A stretch of DNA of 64,000 nucleotides, taken from Octopus sinensis (taxonomy: Eukaryota). Positions 14,901 to 28,400 of the stretch are shown piece by piece. Position 1 is the stretch's first letter. Each line of letters begins with the position of its first letter. The translations under genes and the position numbers were made by a program. The DNA lies in NCBI RefSeq assembly GCF_006345805.1, contig NC_043017.1:11594001-11658000 (forward strand), read 5' to 3'. The notes under the pieces are model-generated. The model had not been told where the DNA came from, made no database searches, and saw nothing but the letters and a program-made list of their open reading frames with translations.

Positions 14901-17900
14901 AGATAAGAAATATATCTGAGGTTTGAGTGAGGCTGGTTTTTTCCATGGAAAAGTTGGATCAATTTACTCACCAGTCAGTTGTTTACCAGTGTTAATAGCT
15001 GCTTCCAGTAAAATCAATAATTCTTCAAGTGGGGTGGTGTAATCATTCATTCCCTTGTTGTAGACATAAATTATGGCATCGTATAAACCATGGTTCCAAC
15101 AGAGATGGACAATCTAGAAGAAGAAGAAGAAGAAGAATATTACAAATATATGTTGTTACAGCCATTGCCTATGGTTCCAAAACATAGATTCTGGCATTAT
15201 ACAAATCATGGACAGTCTGAAATCATCATAATCATTTTAACGTCCAATTCTTGAGGCTTGCACATGGCGGGGGACAGAATTTACTGAGGCAGAGTTTCCA
15301 CTACCGGATGCCCTTCCTGTCCCCAACCCTCATCTGTTTCCAAGCAAAGTAATATTTCCCAACGTCCAGGCATTTTTACATGGAAATGTCATAAATGAAG
15401 GACACTGCTTGCATGACAGGTATGCTCTTTTACGACTATCAACACAATGTTAGACCAAAGAGAGATCAAACACAAACACATATGATGGGCTTTGTTTAGT
15501 TTCCTTCTACCAAATTCACCCACAAGGACTTTGGTTGGTCCAGAGTGAGAGAAGAAGAAGCACTTATTCAAGGTGCCATGCAATGGGACTGAACCTGAAA
15601 CCAAATTGTAGCAACATTTAGCATGGTTCCCCTCCTCACCGTGGCGGGGACGCTGGCAATGGGTAGTGTCAGAGGTATGCCGTTGGGAACTTCGGTTCCT
15701 GGTAGGGCCACCCAAGGCAGATTGGTCTGACACCGAGTGGTATTAGGGCCACAACCCAGCAGACGGGGCTCTGGTGAAAATCCTCGGAGTGTGTGTTTTG
15801 GCAACCGGTGGCTCCTCGGTTGTTCTGTCCCTGCGTCTGCGGACAATCTGCAGCAAACAGGATGTCTCTACATGCAGGATTGTTGGGGACCGCCTGTGAA
15901 ATTCATATTCCCACGAAACTTCTTCTACCGCCATGGTTCGAGATGCCTCGAGGGTGGTAGAAGAAGCAGACTCAACCCACCCAGGGTGAATGTCGCCACA
16001 AGTACAAGTAAGTAAGTATTATATAAATCATTTTTACCATGGTTCCAACAAACATACTGGAAGAGGAAGAATAATACAGACAGATTGTAGCAGCATATAA
16101 CAATAACATCAACAATCTGGCCATGCTCTCCATTGAAATTACTTACGTGGTGTATATCCAACGTGGTCACTTCAAGGTGGACGATGCACGCTTCCACACT
16201 CTCCAGCATTCCTTTGCCTTCGTAATGCTCAACGAAATCCTTCATAACGGTCGGTGGGATGGAACTGAGTTTGTCATCAAGAATGTATGGTTCCAGGCAC
16301 TCTAAGAACGTGTCTTTTGCAATTACATCCATTCCGAAACGATCGTAAATTCGACCAAATAATATATCACTGAAATTAAAACAATTATTAAAATTTTTTT
16401 TTTCTTTTTAATTAACAAAAATAAATTTGTTTCATGTTCTTTGCTTTCTGTAATTAGACAAAAGGAAATCAATTGTTGTCATTGTTTGAATGTCTAAGTT
16501 CCTGTACCTGCGAGAGTACTATGAGGTAGAGTTTCTGCTACAAATGGATGACCCCCTCCCGCTGTGGTCAAACCTGCACTTGTTTCGCTAGAGAGCTAAC
16601 AATATACCAGTCCATTGAACAACAGACAACCCAGAGGTGTTTTATGAGGAAAACTGGGAATAAACAACACTGTTTGAATGAGCCTGTTGTTTACAGTCGG
16701 CGGCAAAAACACATGAAGACAAAGAGAAATACAAACTCACACAAACACACTCGAATACACACACACACAGAGTATGGGAAACTGATAGACAGCATCCATC
16801 CTGGGATTGAACTCCTAACCATGCAGTTCTGAAACAAAGTTCTTGACCACACAACCATACCAGCACTTAATAATAGAAATTGTTTTATAACTCATTGAAA
16901 ATGGGAGAAAAGTCCATGAAGATGGTCAAGAAAAGGTAGAAGAAACCATAATTTATGGGTCATTGCAGTAAACAGCATCAGCATATCTAGATACTGTCAC
17001 AGTCTACCTAGGACTACACTAATATGTACTGTTTTTTTCTTAACAAAGTAGGTTGGGATTTGAGGGAGACTTAGTGGTTATTTCTAGATGGTTGAGAGAA
17101 GTATAGAGGTCCTATTGTCTAATGAGGTAGTTAATTTTTAATTACAGGAGAAGAATTTTACTTACACACATTCCAAGCATAGGCAATAGTCTACACACAC
17201 TGGAACGATACCCTGGGAAAGAGAAGAGGGAGATTCCAGGTATTAGTGGAGGCGGTCCATGCAAATTGTTATTAAGAGTAGAACAAGTAAAAAAATATGT
17301 ATAAAGAAACATGTAGAGGAGACAATAGTGGCGGAGGTGATGGTCAGTTAAGTACATAATTAGCAGAAAGAATTAACCTGTCATTAACAGAAAAGGTAAA
17401 AAAATATAGTCAGTATTCAAATGTATTTTGTACTACTATTATTTCTACAAATGTGGTTAGTATGTCAATATATTTTACTAACCATTACATCTACATATGT
17501 GGCCCCTATTTGAATACATTTTACTCACTATTATATCTACACGTCTGGTCAGTGTTTTGATATACTTTGTACTACTATTATATCTACTGAAATTGTAGTT
17601 GTGATCCCTGTGTCGGTGGCCCGTAAAAAGCACCATCCGAATGTGGCTGATGCCAGCACCGCCTTGACTGCTTCCGTGCCGGTGGCATGTAAAAAGCACA
17701 ATCTGAACGTGGCCAATGCTAGTGCCGCCTTGACTGGCTTCCGTGCCGGTGGCACGTAAAAAGCACCAATCCAATCATGGCCGTTGTCAACCTCCCCTGG
17801 CACATAAAAAGCACCCACTACACTCACGGAGTGGTTGGCGTTAGGAAGGGCATCCAGCTGTAGAAACACTGCCAGATCAGACTGGAGTCTGGTGCAGCCT

Positions 17901-20900
17901 TCTGGCTTCCCAGATCTCAGTTGAACCGTCCAACCCATGCTAGCATGGAAAATGGACGTTAAACGATGATGATGATGATGGTTAGTATTTTAATATATTT
18001 TACTAACCGTTATATCCACACACATGGTTAGTATTTCATTACATGTCTTTTATTAATAATAATGATAAAATTTTTTTAATTCAGGCACAAGGCCTGAAAT
18101 TTTGAGGAAGGGGTTTCGTTGGTTCCATCAGTCTCAGTACTTGACTAACACTTCATCTTATCGACCCCTGGAGGGATGAAAAACAAAGATACAATCCCAT
18201 TAACCCTTTCATTACTGTATTTATTTTGAGATGCTCTGTGTTTCTTTGAGTTACTTTAAATATAACAAAGAATTTAGTAAAATAACTTGGTTATCATTCA
18301 GCTAGTGTTAGGAACATAAATTGTGTCTAAGGTTTGGTGGAAGATTTTAATTCAAAACTCATGAAAACAAGACATTTGTAGCCAGAGTCAGTTTCAGCCG
18401 GGTTGGTAACGAAAGGGTTAAATATGTACATGAAGAGTAAAAGAAACAAATTTGAAAAACGGTTTCAAAATGCAAAGAGAGGAATAGAAAAATGCCCCTG
18501 GAGGTGATTTAAAAGGAAAATAGGTTTAAATTGAAAGTGGTTTACCTGGTAATAGTCTTCCAAAGTTTCAATTTTCCCCTTTTCAGGACAAAACTGAGTC
18601 ATTGATAAATCCACAAATTCAAACAACAGATTCAACATCTGAAGAAGAAGAAGGAAAGGAAACAAATTGAATACGAAAGAAAAAAGAAAGAAAGAAGAAG
18701 AAAGAAGAAAGAAAACCTGTTGCTCGTTTCACTTTGAAGTATAAAAGATTAGAAATAAATGTCTTTTATTTTCTTTCACTTGTTTCAGTCATTAGACTGT
18801 GGCCATGCTGGGGCACCACCTTGAAGGATTTTAGTTGAATGAATTGACACCAGGACTCGTATTTTGTTTTTAAGCATGGTACTAATTCTATCAGTCTCTT
18901 TTGCTGAACTGCTAAGTTATGGTGATGTAAATTCACCAACACCAGTTGTCAAGCAGTGGTGGGACACACAAACACACACAATAGGCTTCTTTCAGTTTCC
19001 GTCTACCAAATACACTCACAAAGCTTTGGTAGGCTTGGGATTAGAGTAGAAGACACTTGCCCAAGGTGCCATGCAGTGGGACTGAACCCAGAACCATGTG
19101 ATTGGGAAGCAAACTTCTTACCGCATAGCCATGCCTTCCTAGTTTTCAAATTAAATGAAACAAATGTAATTTCACTACAAGAATAAGAAAATGAGTTAAA
19201 ATTATGGTTGGGTTTACTTTAGGGTTTAGACTGAGGGGTGGAGAGTCCAACACTTAACTAGTTAAGTCCACCCAGTTTATGAGGCTAGGAGGGCATGGTG
19301 AGGCACAGAAGGATTAGAAATAAAACCTGTCAAAGAGCAGAGAAGCTTCCCACAGAGAAGCCATGGACAAACTCTACAGAGACAGGCAGATTTTCTAGGA
19401 AATCACCCGTTTCCAAGCAAGGTAATATTTCTCCAAGGACATGATGGTGAAGCTTGTTTCACGGCTGTCATGTGATGTTCAGACAGGAAACACAAACAAT
19501 AACATATACATACATACATGTATGTGCACACAAACACACACACATTCAGAAAGCTTCTTTTAGTTTCCATGCTTAGTGGTATTTCATCCGTCTTTGCGTT
19601 CTGAGTTCAAATCCTACCGAAGTTGAGGTTGATGTAATCGACTTAGTCCCTTCCACTAATTTCAAGCCTTCTACCTAGAGTTGAAAGTATTATCATTATT
19701 ATTATTATTATTATTATTATTGAGTGAGAGAGCAGTGCATGCCATCAAAGTGACACTGGGGTAAAATATATGAAGCCCAATATACCCATCATGACTACCC
19801 GTCTGATAAGGGTACACCAGGCACATGCATCACAACCATATGTGCGCGACATGGTGATCTCATATCAAGATAAACAGCACATGACCTTGCAGGTGGGGCC
19901 CAGTTAGAATTTTCTTCAGGTCGAGTAACCCATCCCACTCGAAAGGTCTCTGAATAAGGGTTGTTTAAGGAGGTTGAACGAAACACCCATGTTTCCAGAG
20001 GTGAATTATTCAAACCCCAAAGAATCCCTCTCAACACACGGCTATAATGCTCCCCCACTACTTCTGCGCGTGATCAGAGATGCACATATCGTCAGCCAAT
20101 AAGGGACATGGTCATTATTATTATTATTATTGATTGATTGTTGAAACGGCAGGGCAAGATAAAATATCTTGCAGTATTGGATTACGTCCCTTTACAAGTC
20201 TGAAATCACGTTTTACGGAGATTGAATGAAAAAGTATAAGGGGGAAATAACTCGCACATATTTAAGTTATTCTACTTTAGATGCTGGAGGAGGTGGGGAC
20301 TAAAGCGAGAGAGAGAGAGAGACATACACACAGCCAGGGAGTCATTACAGTCACACACTCAACAGGTTTACGACAGCGTTAAGAATCCTGTGTTGTGATG
20401 GTGGTGGGAGCATTGATCCCTGAAGGGTGTTCTACAACTATTCGTCATGGGAATGTTTGTAAAGTTTTCCAAAGCTGCTTCAGTCACTGCATTACTTTTA
20501 CCTATTATCTTTTACTTGCTTCAGTCATTAGACTGTGGCCATGCTGGGGCACCGCCTTAAAGAACTTTTAGTTGAACAACTTGACCTCAGCACTTATTTT
20601 TCTATTTTTAAAGCCTTGTACTTATTCTACTGGTGACTTGTTGCCAAACTGCTAAGTTACAAGGATGTAAACAAACCAACACTGGCTGTCAAGTGGTGGG
20701 AGACAAACACAGACACGCACACTCAGATACATATATAATGGGCTTCTTTTGTTTTCCATCTATCAAATCCAGTAGAAGATACTTGCCCAAGGTGCCATGC
20801 TATGGGACTGAATCTGGAACTATGTGGGTGGGACGCAAACTTCTTACCCCACAGCCACATCTGTGCCTATTGAGCAAAAGAACGAATAAAATCATATCTA

Positions 20901-23513
20901 AGTGTATGTGTCTGTCGACATGTATCTGCATATGTGCGAATGAACATGGATGATAATATTCAATGCTTGTTGCTTCTTGACTGAAGCAACACTGATGTTG
21001 GCATTATATCCAGTTGCTCTGCATCTTCAGGGACCGATGCAATAAAAAGAAATCCTTTACTCAAAAACCAGTAAGGGTCAAAAGGAGCAGCCAGTCATAA
21101 AATTCTTCCTCATCCCTTTAGCATTCAGACTACTCCGTCAAACGTGATGCTTATTCATCCACAATGGTTTTCAATGAATCCTGCATTATCTTTGATGATG
21201 TGATTGCTTACCATTAGACTGGCATTGTAGGATAGGTGTGAGAGGCCATATCTGGTCAGTTTGAACTTAACCCTTTAGCACTTAAAACGGCCATATCCGG
21301 CCAAAAGTATTCTGCCTGTTTTATGTTCAAACTGGCCAGATCTGGTCTCTCACACCAACCCAACAATATCGTTTTAAAAATTAACAGCTACCTCATCAAA
21401 ATCTCATAACTACAAGATAATGCATGATTAGTTCAAAACAAAGTGGATGAAAAAGCATTAATTTTGGCAGAATAATGCGAACACTAAAGGGTTAAAACAG
21501 GTAGAATATTTGGGCTGGATATGGATGGTTCTAATGCTAAAGGGTTAAAATAATTTCCCATCAAAATCCATGCAGAGGGAAACAGGTATTCATTGAATGA
21601 ACAAAGAAACTTAGCTCCCGATGTATACGACAAGACATGATGATTGGTGGTGGGGTATGTTTGGTCCCATATCTGCTGGATCAGGGTTGATCTAGGGTCA
21701 TACAATAACAGCATGTTGACAATATGAAAACAGGGAAAAAAAATAATAAAAAAACACGTACTAAATCTTTCACAATGCCTTTTCGTTTTCTAGAAGAACC
21801 GACCAGTCCAACAACAGCTTTAGCCTTTCCTTCATAGAAGGACAGAGCCAAAGCAAGGGCACTTCTGTATTTGTTCTGTTTCACAAGGACCTCAATTCTC
21901 TGTAAGAAGAAAACACAACAAAACATTGACTATTTTCAAATGATGTTCTCAAACGTAAGATTTATGTGAGGGTTTTAGGCAAGACTGGATTCAGACGTAG
22001 GTAAGATTATATATAGCTCTAAATAATTATATATCCAACTAGCAGTATTGCCTGGTGTTGCTCGGGTTTGTAAGGGAAATAACTATATAAGCATTTTTAG
22101 AGAGTTACTTCCCTTATATAAACCGAGCAAAAAATGCATTAAAAAAACGAACAAATGATGGTAAATTTTTTTTTAAAATCGTAGACTCATCGTAGATGCG
22201 CACCAATACCCAGAAGGGCTTGATATGAATCACGACTATAAGATACCCGCTTTTGGTTAAACTGCACCGCAAAATGTGGGAGTAGTTAGGAATCTAAATC
22301 AGAGGAGACAAACTCTCACACACACAACTTCAGTTTTATATATAAAGATGACTGTTGCCCATCATTATTTATATAAACCACTTTCCATGAGAATACACCC
22401 CTTATGCCTCCTTTTGTTTATCAGGCTCACAGTAATGAACCCAAAACTCATCCTGAGTTAGGAAAGGGGTCTTGTTTCATTAGGATAATGCTCCCACAGA
22501 CAAGCCCTTGGTGTCAACGGCTGCTGTGCATGACTGTGGCTTTGAACTGGTTTATCATATTCCCCATTCTCCTGGCCCCATTTGACTATCAATTGTCCCC
22601 AGACATGAAAAAGCATTTAGCTGCAAATCAGTATTGCATTGATGATGAGGTCAAATCTGCTATTAATGACATTTTTAGACCAACAGGTTGAAAACTTCTT
22701 CAGCATTGGGATCTAAGCATTGCAACACCAATGGAAGAAGTGTGTGGATTGCTATCACTTTTCAAGTTTTGAGTTTTGGATGAGTTCACCCAAAATTCAA
22801 AATTTGAAAAGCAATAGCAAAACCGGTTATCATGTTGGTTATTATTTTGTATAATATGGTATAATACTTTTGCTATTAGGATATATATCATCATCATCGT
22901 TTAACATCCGCTTTCCATGCTAGCATGGGTTGGACGATTTTGACTGAGGGCTGGCGAACCAGATGGCTGCACCAGGCTCCAATCTTGATTTGGCAGAGTT
23001 TCTACAGCTGGATGCCCTTCCTAATGCCAACCACTCCGAGAGTGTAGTGGGTGCTTTTTACATGCCAAGAAAAGAAATAAAATGTAAAAACACAGAAGAT
23101 TTGTTTTACAAGACTAAAGAATATATCAGAATCCTAATAGCAAAATTATTATATATATATATGAGTGTGTGTATGTATATATGTATATAAAGGTTTATAG
23201 AGGTCATGTTTATATATTGGTTAGAAGAGGCATACATTTCAAACTAATTTCCTGAAAAATAGGAACATAAGAGAGGGTCATACAGAGATAGAATACGTAC
23301 CTCCATCCATGACCTCACAGAAAAGACTGTAACAGATTCAGTTCCTAGTAGAAACAGCTGACCACCATGGCTGACCACAGACTGATAACACGCTTGTTCA
23401 CCAGCAAATGCCTGATATGAATAAAAGGAGAAGAAAGAAGTTTTTCATTTAGCCACTTTGTGTGTGTGTGTATGTGAGTGTATTATATATATGTGTATTT
23501 ATTTATATCATTC

Positions 23514-23544
<31 letters not shown>

Positions 23545-25433
23545 CTATCTATATATGTGTGTATATATATAAAGTAGATTTCATTGAGAAGATATATGAA
23601 AATGGTTTAAGACGTAAACAGTTAACTGTAACTTAGACACTCAATATGGAAACAAGGTAAGTTGTGAAATTGCTGAAAAAATACCCCCAAAAAACCAATA
23701 GTTATTAATTACAAAAGCATTACTGAAATGTATGCACAATGATTATTAGAATAAATTCTTTTAAATTTCAAGTATTATATATACATATGTACACACAGAC
23801 ACACACACACAGAGGCCTGACTGTGTGGTAAGAAGCCTGCTTCCCAACCACATGGTTCTGGATTCAGTCCCACTGTGTGGCACCTTGAGCAAGTGTCTTC
23901 TACTATAGTCTTGGGCTGACCAAAGTCTTGTGAGTGGATCTCATAGATGGAAACTGAAAGAAGCCCATCCTATATGTATATGTATATCTATGTGTGTGTG
24001 ACTGTGTTTGTCTCCCACCACTGCTTGTCAACCTATATTGTTTATCTACATCGCCATAACTTAGCAGTTTGGCAAAAGAGACCAATAGAATAAGTACCAG
24101 GCCTGAAAATAATTTAGTACTGGGGTTGATTTATTCGACTAGAAATTCTTCAAGGCAGTGTCCCAGCATGGAGCACTGCTTGTCTAATGACTGAAATAAG
24201 TAAAAGATAAAAGATATATATATATATTTATAAATAAGGATAATATCAATATTTAAATATTGATATTATCAAGTGGCCAGCATGGGAAAAATACCATACA
24301 AAGGTAATAATTTTTTACAACTAAAAATAAGGGTGTCTGAGAGACACCACCATGCCGAAATAGCAGTCAAATCCCTGACTCTAAAAACCACGTTAAATGT
24401 TCATATCGCACCATGAGATAAAACAGAGGGACAAAATAGACTAGCAAGAAATATTAGCAAAAAATTCAGTAATATTTTTTGCTAGTCTATTTTGTCCCTC
24501 TGTCTTATCTCATGGTGCGATATGAACATTTAATGTGGTTTTTAGAGTCAGGGATTTGACTGCTATTTCGGCATGGTGGTGTCTCTCAGACACCCTTATT
24601 TTTAGTTATATATATATACATAAAATATTATATATAAGTTCAATTTGTAGAGAGGAGACTGTGCTGGTGATGATGATGATGATGGTGTTGGTGATAAAAC
24701 ATAATTCTTTCTACTGGTTTTCTCTTTTTTACTCAGTGAGTGTAGAGAAAGACCTGTAGGTACAGCATCATGAAATGGTTGAGAATTTCACTTTCTAAAC
24801 AAGTGGTTTCAAGTTCAATCCTTTTGCACAGCACCTTGGCAAAGTGGCTTGTATTATATGCCGGCCAACCAAAACCCTTGTCAGTGGATCTTTAATAATA
24901 TAATCCCCTTAAAATTTGAAATTGCAAGAACTTGGAGCATGAATACTGTAAAAGTTGTGCCTGAAATAATTGGTGCATTAGGAATTGTGAGGAAAGATAT
25001 AGAGAAATGGTTGAAGAAGATTGGAATAGAATGTCCTGTAGAGCTTCTACTGAAAGTTTGCCTCTTAGGGACAGTAAAGATTATCTGGAGGGTCCTAAGC
25101 ACTTGAAAGACTATTGAAATCTTGTGGACACCTAAGGTTACAGGTAGTAACCCGCTACCCACATAAATCCTACCAGGAATAACGAACCTGAGCCATAATA
25201 ATAATAATAATGATGATAATAATAATAATAATAATTCTTTCTATAATAGGGAGAAGGCATGTGATTTTGAAAGAAGAAGCTAGTGGAATGCATCATCCCC
25301 CCCAGTACCCAACTGGTACTTATTTTATCAGTCCAGAAAGAATGAAAGGCAAAGTCAACCTTGCCAAAATTTGAACTCAGAATGTAATCAGTCAATAATA
25401 ATAATAATAATAATGATAATAATGATAATAATG

Positions 25434-25468
<35 letters not shown>

Positions 25469-28400
25469 CCTTTCAACTATGGGTACAAGGCCTGCATATG
25501 TCATTAAACATTTTACTTAGCTTTTTTTTTTTAAATAATAACAGGTATCACTTTTGGAAATATTTAAATGTAATTTCTTCTGTACTTTTTCTTGGAGAGC
25601 ATCGAAAAAGAAACATTTTGATAGCTTATTTGTGAAATTTAGATATTTTAGTAAAAAATATGACAATCTGAATGGTCAATGAATAGGTTGAAAACCTTGC
25701 CTAATTGACCTCAATGAATAATTAGCCAGATTTATGATGCCATATCTTTGAAACTGAGGTGATAATCATCTTCAAATAACACAAATTAATAATGTCCATG
25801 GGAAAGCAGTTGCCTAATTTTCTTTTTCAGGCTCTTGAAAATGAAACATTTTCGGCAAATTTTAAATATTTATGTAGAGTCTGTTTTGTTACATGCAACA
25901 GACTGCCAATTTTGTGGTGTTCTCAGACATTGCTGGTACAAAAGCGCAAGCCACAGGCATTTGAGTTTTGGCACATTTGTAGTAGGTATATAACTAAATA
26001 AATCCTGAGATTTTAGGACATGACACCATTGCAATAAAATTTTAATGGCCTATTAAAAATGGCTATAAATGGTGAAATTTCAGGGTTAGGGTCAGAAATA
26101 AAAAAAAAACACCTACATAAGTTGAATTTTCTCTATTTTGATGGGGATTTTTCTTTTTTTTTTTTTCACCCATAGCCTTGGAAATGATAGGAGAAAAATT
26201 TTTTGAAAGTTTACTAGTTATTTTCATGTAGACCGAGATTAGGAAACAAACAAAATGTGAAAACTAATTTCTTACTTTAAGCATTAAAAGCATAAACTAA
26301 AAGCATTAAAAATGCTTGTAACTTACAGCAAATATGTTAGTAAGAGAAAGAGGAAAAAAACCTAAAGTGAAATTGAAAACCCTACCACAAATTATTCAAC
26401 TGTATTCAAAATCAGAAATAAAAAAAACCCCATCACATTGGACTTTTTTATTCTATAAAATAATATTCATTGCTTAACCCTTTCGTTACCAAACCGCCCG
26501 AAAAAAATTTTGGTTAATGTGACCAAGCCGCCCAGAACCACTCGAATTTACCTATTCATATTTAAATGAGAATATCAGAGCAAATCTCTTTAGTACATTC
26601 GTGAAAACACGTATTATACTTCGTAAAGAGTTCAACTACAGTTTTGTACAAAAATCGAAGTGTAATTTTAATTCCGTGAATTTTGGGAGATTTTTTTCCG
26701 AAATTTGTTCCTATTGTGTTTTCAAAATTTGTAATTCTGACAAAAAATGGATACGAATTTCATTATATCAAGCAGCGAGTCAGAATTCGAAGGATTTTCT
26801 ACTGAAGACCTTCATAAATCTAACTCTATGACTGAAAAAAAAAAAGCATGTGGTATTTGATAATGAATCTGATGTTTCATTTTCCGAAAGTGAAAACAGT
26901 GAATCCGAGAGCTCCAACAGCAATAAAGAAAATGAATTGGCACCTGAATGGAGTGAAAATTTAAAAACTGTTTCTTTTGGTGATTTTTCTGAAGAAACTG
27001 GACCAAGCCACAGACTTTCCCAGGAGAGTAAAGCCTTAGACTATTTCTTTTTATTTTTTCGAATGAGCCTATTTGAAATCATTACGGCGGAAACAAACCG
27101 TTACGCTAAATGTAAACAAAACAAAAGAAAGGATACTTTGTAGTTTCCCACAACCTTAAATGAAATTAAGGCTTATTTTGCCATAAATATTATTATGGGT
27201 ATCAGAAAGTTACCCAGAATAACAAATTCTATTGTAAAATTTTGTTGTATACCCAATTGAATATTAGCTAATAACCCATTTTCTATAGCGATGTTTGAAC
27301 AAAAATTTTAATAATTTTATATATTGTTGAATTTACCTGTATCTACCTGCAATTAGAGTCACTTTGTGACAAAAATTATAGTATAGAATTGGTTGAGAAC
27401 ATTTCATTAAATTATCTTCCAAAAATCAGATTAATATATTGATAAACTAGCAGTATCGCCCGGCGTTGCTCAGGTTTGTAAGGGAAATAACTATAAAGCA
27501 TTTTTAGAGAGTTATAGCCAAAAAATAGCAAAAAAATGGAAAAAAATGATGGTAAATTTTTTTTTTAGTTAAAAAGGTGGAGTTGCGTCCCCTAGACAGT
27601 TTGCGGTTTGTGTTTCTGATTCTCGACCCCATGTCGAATTTATCGATTTTTTTCAGAACTGGGGGAACTTTTCAAAATTTTCGCTGCGTTAGTTTTGAAT
27701 TATGACATTGGGCTATGTGTGTGTCAAGTTTCATCAGAATCGGTTGAAAGCCGTGGTCAGGGTGAGGGTACAAGCAAACAGACACACAGAAACAGGCACA
27801 GACAAACTGCCGTTTATATAGAGAGAGATAAAAAAGTTATAGTTGTTTAATGAAACCAGACTAAATTTATGATTACGTTAGAAATTAATTGAAACACATT
27901 TGGTCAGAAATATAGTAACGAAAGGGTTAACGTAATTTTTATGAGCAAAATTTGACCTAACCCTAAGTAAAACAAAATTTACAGGTAGAAGAATACCTGG
28001 TGTGTAAAATTCGGATGTTGCTTTCCACACATTAAAATGGCAAGAGGGACTAAGACAACATTCTCAGTACAACAATTTCAAGCAAATTTTGGGATCAGGA
28101 AGACTTACGTAGCTCAATTTAGAGCATTCTTTTGTAGAAATAAATGTTTATCCATTTCTTGAAATTCTGGCTCAAATTCAATATTTGAAGCCTTGGATCC
28201 ATTCATGTTCCGTATGACCCCTCAACACACTACAACACATCAGTGAGATTGTTAGAGTCAGTATAGCACCTTCTTTGGTTTTGTGCTTTTTCGCCATATT
28301 GTGGCCAGATTCAGCAATGGCTGTATTGAATTTGTGAGAAATTTTGCTTTCTTATGATATAAAGCTCTTGAAGAAAATATGTTGTTTTCTAAGCTACAGT

